In this document: positions 1 through 12,520 of the stretch, one piece after another | How the letters are laid out: every line of letters begins with the position of its first letter | How positions within the stretch are numbered: the stretch's first letter is position 1 | NCBI GenBank assembly: GCA_964106915.2 | Contig: OZ066918.1 | DNA from: Podarcis gaigeae | Lineage: Eukaryota | Reading direction: 5' to 3' (one strand) | Length of the DNA stretch: 64,000 nt | Position numbers and translations under genes: made by a program | The notes under the pieces: model-generated | Told to the model about the DNA's origin: nothing | Seen by the model: the letters and a program-made list of their open reading frames with translations, nothing else | Databases searched by the model: none

Positions 1-1021
1 CTGTGGGCCCCCTCTGGAGCATGAGAAATATGAAAACTGGATATACATTTCTCAGCCCCTGGGAATTACAGTGTGTATGTTGCAGCATTCACAAACTCCA
101 GTGTCTCTAGAGCCAATGCATTTACTAATTTCTTAAGTCAATCCAAATCATTAGGAAAATAGTTTATTTGCTGTAAAACAAATGCATTTGCTACAAAACA
201 CTGCTGCATCTTTCTAAGTATATTGTTGAAATGATTTTTTTAGTACTTCTAGCCGAAGAGGTGCACAAAATCTCCTATCCTCTACAGATCAATCCTTAAA
301 ACCATTTCTTGTTATTAAATTCATCCCACAAAATATTTCCAAGTTTAAACTCACTATATAGTGTAGCATAGAGTAACTAGGTCAGTGCCTATTTTCCCCT
401 CTAGCTAATTATAGAATCTGATTTATTTTAATTAGAAGGTTTCAGAATAAATCAGCACTAACACCAGCAGAGTTCATCAAGATTAATGTTATTTTAATGA
501 ATATCAAAGGAATTAGTGTATTTCAGTGTTTTCCACTGGAACACTGAGAATTCTCAAATAAACTGAAGGTGCAGCAAATGCACCTGTGAAAATTCCACAT
601 GACACAGACCTTACCAGTCTACTAACCTCAATTTTGCACATAAATTACTTTTTAAGGTGTTTCTTTAGATGGTTAACTACAACATAGATTCTACTGAGTA
701 GTGGGAAATGACCTGCAACATTGACTTCATTATAACTAAGTCCTTTTATCTCAAAGGTCTAATCTATCCATGATGATGAATATTTCCAAGTGCCACTAAT
801 TTTGATATTACATATGTAATGATAATCATCTACAAGTGAGCATTAATTAACACTACATTACCTTACTGATGCATTACATCTTGATTAATACCGAAAGGTC
901 TCCAGCTGAAAGACGGTCAAACTTCTAGTGAGACAATGGTGGACAGCAGCTGCTTTTTGATACAAGGAATGCCACATAGCCCATAGCAGGTGACTCTTGA
1001 GAGAAATATCCAATGCCAATG

Positions 1022-1144
1022 CATACCCTCCAACATAGGGACATCCTAAGGGAATGTGGGACATTCTGGGGTCAAATAAGAAGCTAGGACAGCTTCTGTA
1101 AATCCAGGACTGTCCCTGGAAAAAGGGGGAAATTGGAGGGTTTG
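1022..1144 (+). mobile_element. Short non-autonomous DNA transposon (hAT-like MITE), core form
   Basis: Termini CATACCCTCCAA...TTGGAGGGTTTG. Flanks CCAATG/CCAGTG form a 6-bp TSD with one mismatch. Homologous to 3488-3830 and 60673-61014. Confidence 0.75.
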
Positions 1145-1534
1145 CCAGTGCAGGTGGAACCCTGGTCATTCCCTTCACACATTAAAGTTTTGGTCTAAAT
1201 GATTTTCCAGGGGAGGAGCAGAACGGGAGAAAAGCGAAAGATTTCTTAACACTTTTTTAAGGACCAAGGGCCAATCTACATGATATTTAAAATACAATAA
1301 CAGATTTAACATGTATTTTTTGGAGCCACAAGGGAGTCTAATAAGAATCAAGGCTGCAAGGCTTGGGGAGAAAGTTAGCCCTGCCATAGCTCCAATGGAA
1401 ATAACCTCCCTGAAGCTATTATTTACCCCAGAAGAGAAACTGCTGTTGACACCAGAACCAAGCTTCCCTCCCAGGGTAAAGAACTGTTTCAGGGAGGGGC
1501 TGGTTTTTCAAGACCACAGTGCTGTGAGGAAAGG

Positions 1535-1535
<1 letters not shown>

Positions 1536-1577
<42 letters not shown>
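1536..1577. repeat. (TTA)n microsatellite
   Basis: Direct read of the trinucleotide run. Confidence 0.95.
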
Positions 1578-1578
<1 letters not shown>

Positions 1579-2379
1579 ACCTTTCCTGAATATTGGAGTA
1601 CCAAACCTGATTGATAAATGTGAATATACACATCTAACGTGGTGTGGTGCTGAGAGATTTAGCACTAAGTCTTTCAGAAAATCAGTGCAATGGGACTCCT
1701 GTGGGGAGAAAACTGCTCAGCTCCTAGTTTTTAACAGAGGCTGGGATGACTGTTAAATGGCCACGATCACTGACCAACCCATTGTCCACACATCATGAAA
1801 GAGGAGTCAAGAGATAGGATATTGGTGGAAAGGTTATATAACAATGGGAAGATCTGTTACAGCATAGGCCAATTATAGAAATGTAAGCAGGTGAAGTTAA
1901 TTCCTGAGTGTGAAGAATGCATCCCTCAAGACTTGTGAGCATATAAGCAGTGGGACTCATTCCTTTCTACCTGCGAGTTCATTTCTATGCCCTGCCACTG
2001 AGTTCAGCCCCTTCCCTTAACTGCCACAGCCTGCCAGGCACAATAATTTCTGAACCTATGGGGGAAGGGGTGCTATCAGAGTGGCTGGGGAAACCCAGCC
2101 AGACGGGTGGGGTACAAATCATCCCACAGAGAAGGCATCCTGGAGGCAGAGACTCACAGAGCTCAAGGGCCAGGTCTTAGAGGTATGTAAACCAGAATCG
2201 GGATCCACAATGATGTGTTGCAGAAGGGCCAGGTTCTCAAAGCCAAAGGCAGACCCTATAGCCAAATGCAGGGACTACCAACAAAAACCAGAATTTGAGG
2301 GCAAGAACTTAGGGGCCTAACTCCACCATTGCAATCTAGCAGGTACGTAATAACATGTCCAATGCTGCCAGAAGTTGGG

Positions 2380-2551
2380 CATGTGGGACGCCCTCCCATC
2401 AGATGTCAAAGATATAAACAACTATCTGACTTTTAGAAGACATCTGAAGGCAGCCCTGTTTAGGGAAGCTTTTAATATTTGATGAATTACTGTATTTTAA
2501 TATTTTGCTGGAAGCCGCCCAGAGCAGAGTGGCTGGGGTATAAATTATTAT
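2380..2551 (+). mobile_element. L2-type LINE 3' end with (TTA)n tail
   Basis: Sequence ...CTGAAGGCAGCCCTGTTTAGGGAAGC...GGAAGCCGCCCAGAG...GGGGTATAAATTATTATT. The tail resumes after 3283. Confidence 0.7.
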
Positions 2552-2553
2552 TA

Positions 2554-2803
2554 CAGTGGTACTCTGGATGCGAATGGGATCTGTTCCAGAGCCCTGTTCG
2601 CATCCTGAAGTGAACGCAACCTGCGTTCATGCGTCTGCGGGTCGTAATTCGCCGCTTCCGCGCATGCTCGTGATGTCATTTTGAGCGTCTGCGCATATGC
2701 GAGCGGCGAAACCCAGAAGTAACGGCTCCATTACCTCTGGGTCGCTACGGAGCGCAACCCGAAAATAATCATCCTGAAGCATATTTAACCCGATGTATGA
2801 CTG
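2554..2803 (+). mobile_element. Tc1/mariner-superfamily MITE
   Basis: TA|CAGTGGTAC...TATGACTG|TA. Same family as 25657-25908. Confidence 0.85.
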
Positions 2804-2808
2804 TATTA

Positions 2809-3273
2809 GGGACGCAGGTGGCGCTGTGGGTTAAAGCCTCAGCGCCTAGGACTTGCCGATCGAAAGGTCGGCGGTTCGAATCCCTGCGGCGGGGTGCGCT
2901 CCCGCTGCTCGGTCCCAGCGCCTGCCAACCTAGCAGTTCGAAAGCACCTCTGGGTGCTGTTGTGTTGCTTTTGTTGTTTTTAAGGGATGGCATCCAATTT
3001 CGTTGCACTTGTGCAATGTTGCACTTGTGTAATGACAATAAAGAATCTATCTATCTATCTATCTATAAATAGGGACCGCTTACCAGCGGGAAGGTAAACG
3101 GTGTTTCCGTGTGCGGCTCTGGCTCGCCAGAGCAGCGATGTCACGCTGGCCACGGGACCCGGAAGTGTCTCCGGACAGCGCTGGCCCCTGGCCTCTTGAG
3201 TGAGATGGGCGCACAACCCCAGAGTCTGTCAAGACTGGCCCGTACGGGCAGGGGTACCTTTACCTTTACCTTT
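2809..3273 (+). mobile_element. Sauria SINE (BovB-dependent), interrupted by a LINE tail
   Basis: tRNA-like head with B-box GGTTCGAATCC and an (ACCTTT)n tail. 13-bp TSD TATGACTGTATTA at 2796-2808 and 3274-3286. Near-identical to the copy at 12164-12520. Confidence 0.92.
2958..3064 (+). mobile_element. 5'-truncated LINE 3' end, Rex1/Babar-like
   Basis: AATTTCGTTGCACTTGTG...AATGACAATAAAG followed by a (TCTA)n tail. Absent from the sister SINE copy at 12164-12520. Confidence 0.65.
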
Positions 3274-3487
3274 TATGACTGTATTATTATTATTATGATT
3301 ATGATTATTATGCCAAAGGAGGGCTGAGCAGGACACAGGCAAGGCCTAAATGGCCTGATGGCAGGTCCAAAACTGAATTCAACACAGACAAAGATGGAGA
3401 AGTTATGGTAGGACCTAAGGAGCCAAACTGCAAGGACGGAAAATTGGGCTCACACGACCGACAAGCACATCTAGGCAGTGAGACCTA

Positions 3488-3830
3488 CAAATCCTCAAAG
3501 TGTCCCTATTTTCCAGGAATGTCCCTGATTTAGAGAAGCCATCCCAGTTTCTTATTTGATCCCATAATGTCCCACTTTTCCTTAGGACATCCCTATTTCC
3601 ATTGTCAAAATGTTGGAGGGTATGGAGTTACTTGACTCCTGAGCTGCCTGAAGGCAATCCTGTATAGGGAAGGCTTTTTAATGTTTAATGTTTTATTATG
3701 TTTGTATATATGTTGGAAGTTGCCCAGAGTGACTGGGGCAAACCAATAAGATGTGTGGGATATAAACAGTAAAATTATTATTATGGAATGGGTCATCCCT
3801 ATTTCAAATGGAGAAATCTTGTAGGGTATG
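3488..3830 (-). mobile_element. Composite hAT-like MITE carrying an L2 tail
   Basis: Exact 6-bp TSD GACCTA (3482-3487 and 3831-3836). Internal second terminus TTGGAGGGTATG ending at 3624. Reverse-complement homologue at 60673-61014. Confidence 0.78.
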
Positions 3831-6404
3831 GACCTATATGGGCAAGGGGAGATGTTCTGATAGTGAGGCCTACATGGTGGGCCTGCTTGGGGTTTAGACT
3901 GATGGGGTTTAGACTGATGTTTGCACATAAACATCCTGATGTCCAGTCCTACGTGGTCAGCTAGTGGATCTCTCATCTGTGCAAGTCCCAAATGCCATAA
4001 GCAATACTGATGACCAAACTGATGACTGAAAGGGCAGTTACCTGCTGTGAAGGCAGGAAGCATAATGAAGTCCTATTCAAAGTGAGACACTCGTGCTCAC
4101 TCCTACTCTTCACCATCAGCCAGCCAGCTGCGCCTCAGAGTACCTAAGGAGCTAGCCTCCACAGCATGGAGAGAGAACGTGAACCACTCTTACCAATGCT
4201 GCAATGTGAAAGGAAGGAGAGGAAGTGACACAGCAGGGTGGAATGGCTTCCTCTGAGAGAGCACTCCTGCAGCAGTGGTTCCCATATAGCCCACCCCCTC
4301 AGGGGAGATCAAGTCTCTTCCAATGAGAGGGGTGTGGGGCAAACCTGCCCCCACCAAAGGTGGGGTGCCATTCCTTTTGCCACAAGCAAATGATTCTGAA
4401 AGCCTTTCCTACATAGCCTTTGTCATAGCAATCCCTTAAAGCAACTTAATCAATCCCTTAAAGCAACTTAATTCAAAGGGCCTATCAATGCATTACCATG
4501 GCAGTATCCCTGGAATTGGGCAGCATTGTGGGACAGACAGAGCCTTTGATCACTGCTTGCCTACCTGCACTATAAAGTGATTGTATTGCTCTTAATGTTA
4601 TTTCAAAGTCAGAGAGAGTAAGATATTGCATCTACTAATCATGTGCTCTTTTGGAGGAGAAAACTCTTTCATTAGAAATAATAGTCGTCATTAATAATAA
4701 ACCATGTGTCACCCCAGCACTATATACTTCAATCTTTCACTGCCTTAATGCTAAAGTATGTCATAAATGAGGCATGAAAAGCTATTACAGGAAACTCTCA
4801 AAAGGAATAGATTTTGTTGTTTTCTTTGTATCAATAGAAATCATAACTGATCTATTTCACAGCTAATGATAATTGTACACTTCCACCTGCATTTTCAGTA
4901 CATTTCGCTTTGGACTGCGACTATAAATAAACAAAACAGTCTCCCACTGTTCCCAACAAAACTGAAAGTATAGCTTTTCTTTCCAGAAAAAAAATTCTTT
5001 TAAGGAACAAAATCTGAATGCAAGCATGCACTGGGAGGCAATTATTATTTTATCAGTCTTATCCATGTTTGTTTCTTCTCGTTACATTTTCACAGCTTTC
5101 TTCCTTTGTCAAAAATCTCATTGGCATAAGCAAGAAAGCTAAGCAATACCTATCTCCAGACTTTCACCTGACCTAGTTCCATCTGCCTGCTGTCACTCAT
5201 AAAATGAGTAGACTAGTAGACTAAAGTACATAATAAAATATGAACTAGGAAGCATTTTGTAATAAACCACTCCCCTGCCCAATGTCCTGCCCCCTTAACC
5301 AACAACCACACACTTTGAAAGTAATCTTATAAGACAGAGTTCACACATGCATGTTCACCCCTCAATAGCCATAACATGAAGTGATCATTAGTTGTACAAT
5401 GATTTGAGTATTCTGGCAGGAAAGTGGATTATTCATCGATTTAATAAACAACTAAATGACATGTGAAATTGCCATTACAGATCAAACATCAGAAAGAGCC
5501 TTCTGTATCACCTGAAATGACTTCAAACACAACTCTGTTCTGCATAGACAGTTTACACATCATCAGAGGTCTCATTGGCATGAGGAACCAAAATCTACTG
5601 AGTGTTGGCAATATGAGTGAAGTAAATACCCAGCCAATGTCTGATTAACAACAATCTTCTTGGGGCATGCCTGTAATTCAGCTGCCCATGCTTTCAGTTT
5701 GGTGCTGTTGATGGTCAATTCAAGGTGTGGAACACGTTAGTGGAAAACACATAGGCCTTTTCTCCAGTACACCCTCATATCAATAGTTGGAAGCTGGCTC
5801 TGTAGGCAGCACAGTATAATTTTCTTCCGTATTGGCAATGTTGAAAGATGACAGTGCAGCACCAGCTGAAATGTCTGATACAAAGTGATCTACATGAGCA
5901 CTTCTGAATTCCCAAATTAGTACAGGATTGCTGTGGACTTGTTCATGATCACTTACTTACAGTTCCTGAAGATTATGTAAAATTAAAGTGGGATATAATT
6001 TGATAACATGCAAATAAAGATTTTCTAGTGTAGATGTGTTCAATCCCTGAAAATCAGTTGAACTCTTTGTTTTATTTGTATACAGCAGAAATATCATTAG
6101 AGGAAAGAAGCAAATCAAATTTTGACATCAACAACACTGGACTCTCAGCACTACGAAGATTTTCAAGTTTCAGAAAAGAAAATACAGAAATTGGATTCCA
6201 AATCCATGCTATTTTTCTAGGTCAATACCTAAGGCTTAATTTTTATAGTTTTGCATAATATGAATTCTGTGTTCTTTATTTATTCACATTACTCATTAAA
6301 AAGACCAAACTGCAAGATGGAAACACATTATTTGGCAAGAAATTCTGCTCACAAAATAAATTATACAGATAAGCTGGGAAGTCAATTTAAAGATTTTATT
6401 ATAC

Positions 6405-6570
6405 TGCTGTGTACACTCCAGTCTCTGAGAAGCAAGAGATTATGGGGAGCCAGCAATTACCCAGTGTTCAGTTTCCTTGGAACAAAGGTTAAAGGTGGTG
6501 TCTTTAGGATATATGGTTTTAAATATGCATATATACAACCTGAGCATAGAATGAAGGGCTCACAGCATGA
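6405..6570 (-). mobile_element. LTR-like repeat fragment
   Basis: Shares GGTGTCTTTA..ATATATGGTTT..ATATATACAACCTGAGC with 37237-37565. Ends are not resolved. Confidence 0.45.
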
Positions 6571-7074
6571 ACCCTCCAGCAGATTTTGTCTCCCCATTAA
6601 GCTTTCAGGGAGCACCAGCACCACCAAAGCCATAGTTCTGGATTCAGTACAGTACAGTACAGAGAGCAAGTCAAGTCAGGGCCGTCTAAAGCATATGTGG
6701 CGACAGGCTGCAAAGATCTGCCAGGCGCTCCCCCCCCCCCCCAAGGTTGCCCAGAGTTGTCATCTTTTTTTTAAAGGAACTGACACCACGCTTCTCTCTG
6801 CTTGGGAAAAGAAAAAAGGGGAAGGCTAGTTAAACAGATTCCTTTGCCATTATCCCAGCAAGCAAAATTAATAAATTGAGTTGCAGAGCAATCCAGTGCA
6901 GTAACAAGTCAAAATTATTATTTTTTTAAACCTCCCTAAAAGCTCAAGATTAGAAATGAACAAACACAGCATTTAATTTGAAAGGAACCCTTTATTAATT
7001 CAAGGAACCAGCAAGGAAGCTGACAATGAAGACTCCTAAATGGCCTGTGCCAGCCCTTATAGAAAATGATCGCT

Positions 7075-7685
7075 GCTTAGTAGACCACAATATGAGTCAA
7101 CAATGTGATGCTGCAGCAAAAAAAGCTAATGCTATTCTAGGCTGCATCAACAAAAATCTAGTCTCTAGATCAAGTACCACTCTACTCTGCTTTAGTCAGA
7201 CTACACCTGGAATACTGTTTCCAGTTCTGGGCGCCACAATTTAAGAAGGACATTGACAAGCTGGAATATGTGCAGAGGAGGGCAGCCAAGATGATCAAGG
7301 GTCTGGAAACCAAGCCTTATGAGGAGTGCTTGAAGGAGCTGCATATGTTTAGCTTGGAAACAAGGGATCTGAGAGGAGATATGACAGCCATCTTCAAATA
7401 TTTGGAACAAGCTTGTTTTCTCCTGCTCTGGAGGATAGGACACAAAGCAATGGCTTCAAGTTACATGAAAGGCAATTCTGACGAAACATCTGGAAGAACT
7501 TTTCTGACAGCAAGAGCCCTTCAACAGTGCAACAGACTCCCTTAGGAGGCTTTGCACTCTCCTTCCTTGGAAGTTTGCAATCGGACGTTGGATGCTGTCA
7601 CGGATGATTTAGTTGAGATTCCTGTATTGCAGGGGGTTGGATTGATGATCCTCAACAGGGTCCCTTCCAACTCTACAATACTGTA
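7075..7685 (+). mobile_element. CR1 LINE 3' portion (degenerate ORF2 end and 3'UTR)
   Basis: Fragments translate MSQQCDAAAKKANAILGCI and QRRAAKMIKGLE..YEE.LKEL..FSLE..LRGDM. The 3' end reads GGTCCCTTCCAACTCTACAAT. Confidence 0.92.
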
Positions 7686-8874
7686 CTATAATTCTAGGGG
7701 AAAGGAGCCAAAAGGGCAAAATCGCCTCCCAAAGGTGTCTTTCCACATGAGAAAGGATTTAAAGCGAGGCAGGAAACAGTTAAGAAGGGAGATGTAGAAA
7801 GGTGGGAGAGGGCAGAGAGACAGAGAGAGTGTCATCCTGTTGCGAGTGTCACAACTTCAAAAACACAGCCCATTACTCAAGAAAAGAAACCCATATCCGC
7901 GACAGGCGGATACATGGAGATTCTTTTAATAGAAAAACAAATTGGAATTTTGTTGCCCCCCCCCCTTTTGGATGGCACTGCTTCCCATGCCCCCACATTG
8001 CGACGCCCCTGGCAGCAGCAGCTGCCCACTGGCGGCCGCCTATGCAGCAGGAAGGTGGTTTCAGTCCAGGTTTTGAGGCTCAGGCGAGCGCAGGAAGGCG
8101 ATTCCAGACAGGGTTTTGAGGCTGGGGTGAGCGCACCGCTTGAAGAGAGAGACGAGCAAAAGAGCCTCGTTTGCTTGGTTCGCATCCTCCCACCCTGCAG
8201 CTGGGGAGTGCGGCGGCTTCAGCAGCGGGCGCCTATGGGTAAGCCATGCCTGACTCCAACGCTCGGTTCCCCCTCCCAGAGTAATAAAGCAAGTAATTAG
8301 AATGCTAAAGACAGGTGTAAATAACAGGAATGAGTTTAAACACGGCAAACCACGTCCCGCTGCTGGATGCCCCTGCTGGGCAGGCACGTGGCACATGGCG
8401 CCACTAAGCCAAATAGAAAAGATGGCCCTGAGTCAAGTCTTTGTGTCTCCAGCTCCCAGTCCATCCAAACTCACCACACATCCTTCCTAGGATGATGTGG
8501 CATCCAGCCAGGTGAGGTGGGAAAGGCCCACCCCTCCTCCTGAAAACATCTCCAGTTATCTCTATGGTAACATGCTTATCACTTCCCCTTTGGAGATGGG
8601 GATACCTAACTGGCCATCAGCTTGACAAAGAAATTGGTTTGACCAATTTAGCAGTTCCTTCAACTACCATCCCCCCAATCCTATAGCATTATGTCATCTT
8701 AGACCTGAAATCGGAGTCAGCATTTAAGCTGCTGCAAACAGAGGCACCTAGTAGATTCTACCTCAGTCCCCTCACCTAATCCTAACTCAAGCTATCATTA
8801 CTGAACTAAAACAATGATGATGGAATTATCCTGTTTCTCTTTCTGAACTGCCTATGTACTATATTTTCAGGGTA

Positions 8875-8875
<1 letters not shown>

Positions 8876-8917
<42 letters not shown>

Positions 8918-8940
8918 AAGAGAGAGAGAGAGAGAGAGAG
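8876..8940. repeat. (CA)n-(GA)n compound microsatellite
   Basis: Direct read. Confidence 0.95.
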
Positions 8941-10129
8941 TGTGTCCTGTACATATACAGAAGACCTGCAAAAGAGATTGCCTATACTGTATAAGCAATG
9001 TCTTTTTCAGACTCTTTTTTAATGTACAGAAAAGATGAAGACTGCAATGTGATTGTGTACACTGCTCCTACTCTATATGTGTTCAGATGAATATCAAAAT
9101 AGTGCCTGCAGCATATGCTGTACAGCTCTCACCAGACAATCAGAAACTAAGGCTTTAGATAGCAGGTTGGCCTAAGCAATATTAGAGAGAGAATCCTCAG
9201 AGAGGCCCTGAGCTTCAGCGGCTTCTGCCCATTGGCAATGTTTCATTGAAATTTCCAGTGTCAACCATTTCTTTAATTTTATTCTCTTAGTATCTCTTGC
9301 TCACTCTCTACTGGATGTTTTACAATCATTGCCAGTGAGAAATAGTTTACTACAGCCCCTAGATTCAAAACTGCTTACAGTAGTGGAAACTATTCCAAGC
9401 TTCCTCCGAGTAATTAACTTTAAAATCATACTGGAAACAAAGTTTGCATAATAAGAGAATATGAGGAGAATGCACTTAATTGATGACATGGTCAGGAAAG
9501 TAAATATTAATAAATTGTTTTAATAACACCATATATTTTAAAAATAATAATGAAAAAGACAGTTATCTGTAATAGGCCTGCATCTTACAGTCCCCAAAGA
9601 AATCAGATGAAAGCATTCATTGCAGCACAGGGATTGCTGTCTCTTGAAATGAATAAAACACAAAAGCTTTTTTTCACTATGAGAATACACACACTGGGGG
9701 AAAATATTAATATGATTCTGAAGCTCTTTCAACATTCATAGAGACCAACTAATTTGTAAGTGGCATCCAAGTATGTTAACATTAGACAAGGTTCATAAAA
9801 CTGTATGAAGTTAGACATAGCCATTTTTACCCTTAAAATGTAGAACCCTAATTCATGTAGAAGTGAGCTGAAAAGTCTGATTTATGAGCCATAGATGCGG
9901 ATAGATTTAAAAGACAAATTCTTACTTTGCATGCAAATCTGTACCTTAGTCAACTCTTTTAACACTCACTGGAGAGGCAAAAGGATGTGAGAAACTTGTC
10001 TAAGGATTATGTAAGTGTGCTTTGAATATGCAATAGGCCACAGAGTTGCCACCTATCAAGATGCACTCCAACAACTCAGCTCCAGTTTTCCTTAAATGAT
10101 ATTATAGGTTGACAGAAATATCCATGTGA

Positions 10130-11370
10130 AATTATTCATTCATCACATTCCAAAACCACAGCAGCAGTAGATGCCAACAACTATGGAGCCTATAATACAG
10201 ATGTGTGGGAAGAAAATTAATTGTATTATTTGAAATATTTTTACAAAGATGGGCGACTGCTTACCATAAAAGAGATACAAATTCAATTGGGAAATGTTCA
10301 AGTATCATTGCTATTAGTCTACCAGTTAAGGTCATTTTTCCCTAGTTAAAAATGAAGCTATGAGACAATTAACAACATATGAAAATAATAATATAATAAC
10401 GAAAAGGTTAGTATCATCTTTGTATAAATCTATTATAGAGCTTCAATTTTGTCCTTGGCAAAATTTGAGAAGGTGAATTGGGATTTAGAAATTGAAGAGG
10501 CATAGGACAGACTGTGAACAAAAGTGCCATACGAATCCATATTGGCAACAACCAGAGAAGGAGCCTTTAAAATTATGTGTGACTGGTACTTAACACATAG
10601 ATGCCTAGCCTATATAAAACAGAACAGTTCTCCCATGTGCTGGAGAGGATTTTCCACTAAAGGGACTCATCAGCACATGTGATGGCAACATCAAAAAACA
10701 GAAAAGTTCCAGGAAAGGTATTTACAGAAATATCTCTGCTTATATGGCAGTCGGTCCTCATGACTAGCTCTACTTAACTAGTATAAAAAGGTAAAGGTAA
10801 AGGAAACCCTGACAGTTAAGTCGTCACAAACGACTCTGGGGTTGTATGTGTATGTGCACTCGGGGAGGGGAGGAGAGAGAGAGAGGAAAGGAAAGGAAAG
10901 GGGGGAACCCACAAACCCAACTCCCAAACAAGGGCATGTACGTCGTTGCATGCATGCGTCGTACGTAGCAGCGCCACGCATGCGCAGCCAGCGGTTTGCC
11001 CCACCCCGGGTGCTGGTTAGCCTTCATTCACCCCTGGCATGACTAAGCCGGTTCTGGCAAAACCAGAGCAGCGCATGGAAGCGCCATTTACTTTCCCACC
11101 GGAGCGATACCAATTTATCTACTTTGACATGCTTTCAAACTGCTGGGTTGGCAGGGGCTGGGACCGAACAATGGGAGCTCACCGCATCGTGGGGATTTGA
11201 ACTGCCAACCTTCCAAAAAGCAAGCCCAGGGCTCAGTGGTTTACACCACAGTGCCACCCGCGTCCCTGCCTTAACTAGTATAGTCACAATATATTGCAAA
11301 TTAGAAACAAATAATTTCCCATCTCTCTTGTGGGAAATATATCCATTCATCTCTTGAAGTTAAATGAGAT
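10130..11370 (+). mobile_element. Degenerate L1-clade ORF2 C-terminal fragment, split by a Sauria SINE
   Basis: From 10566 it translates FKIMCDWYLTHRCLAYIKQNSSPMCWRGFSTKGTHQHM*WQHQKTEKF, matching the K...WY.T...L.......CWR.....GT..HMWW.C motif of vertebrate L1 ORF2. Outer boundaries are approximate. Confidence 0.7.
10786..11269 (-). mobile_element. Sauria SINE with an internal foreign replacement
   Basis: (AAAGGT)n tail on the left and head ...CCACCCGCGTCCC on the right. 13-bp TSD CTTAACTAGTATA at 10773-10785 and 11270-11282. Confidence 0.9.
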
Positions 11371-12163
11371 CTGCTAAAAGAGGTTATGAGAAAAAGCTTA
11401 TGAGCAAACAATTACAGCAAACAAACAGAGGGATTAAGATCAAATTGCAGCCTACATGAAAACACACACACACACCCCTATGTTCTCAAAGGTTTACTTC
11501 CATATTACTATTTATTAAAGAATGCCGGAGTAGAACATGGGAAATCACAAAACATACTGAGTTTGTCCAAAAAAAAGGAAAGTATGAAATAAAATATTTC
11601 AACATGGATTAGTTACCGTTTATGTTTTGGCAACATCTATACATGAATAAATGTAACATGCATCAACAAATATAACTGCTTTCATTTATTAACGTTATTT
11701 GTCTTTCAACACAGTGAGGACCTTGCTATAGTACACTGTCCTGCAGACAAACTGTCTTGTCTGCAGGTTTCCGCCTACCTCATAGCAAATGCCACAACTT
11801 TTGGCAGATCAGGTGATGGTTTGGATCATTAGCTGATCAGGTACCCTGTTAAAGGGGTCAAGGAGCTCTCTGTCCAGGAGTCCACACTCAAATAGCCATA
11901 GGACCCTTCCCAATGGCAGCCCTGGCAGAATTGTATCACCTGGTGCATGTCTGGGGGCAACCCCCAGCCAAGGTAGACCGCCTACCCTACTAATCAACCA
12001 GCAGACAGGCTGCTTGATACCGGATACATACCCAATGATTACATTTGTCTACCTGAATCATGTTTTCTATACTTGAAGAAGTCAGTTTTCAAAGGCAGGT
12101 GCTCCTGTCTTCAAGTAAATTTATGATCTATGGAATTTATTATCTAACCATAAAACCATAATA

Positions 12164-12520
12164 GGTAAAGGTAAAGGTACCCCTGCCCGTACGGGCCAGT
12201 CTTGACAGACTCTGGGGTTGTGCATCTCACTTAAGAGGCCAGGGGCCAGCGCTGTCCGGAGACACTTCCGGGTCACGTGGCCAGCGTGACATCGCTGCTC
12301 TGGCGAACCAGAGCCGCACACGGAAACGCCGTTTACCTTCCCGCTGGTAAGCAGTCCCTATTTATCTACTTGCACCCGGAGGTGCTTTTGAACTGCTAGG
12401 TTGGCAGGCGCTGGGACCGAGCAGCGGGAGCGCACCCCGCCGCAGGGATTCGAACCGCCGACCTTTCGATCGGCAAGTCCTAGGCGCTGAGGCTTTAACC
12501 CACAGCGCCACCTGCGTCCC
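12164..12520 (-). mobile_element. Full-length Sauria SINE
   Basis: Intact head and (ACCTTT)n tail. 13-bp TSD TAAAACCATAATA at 12151-12163 and 12521-12533. CpGs are retained, suggesting a young copy. Confidence 0.95.

Noticed and set aside
1-880. Possible LRRTM3 3'UTR end
   Set aside because: AT-rich unique sequence with no diagnostic feature; unsupported without an alignment.
5480-5910. Possible processed pseudogene or viral insert
   Set aside because: Only a faint RTE-like resemblance on the minus strand with many stops. It cannot be assigned without a search. The same applies to 22900-23640 and 37570-38100.
6251-6829. 192-aa ORF
   Set aside because: It crosses an LTR-like fragment and a MITE end, with no protein-family resemblance.
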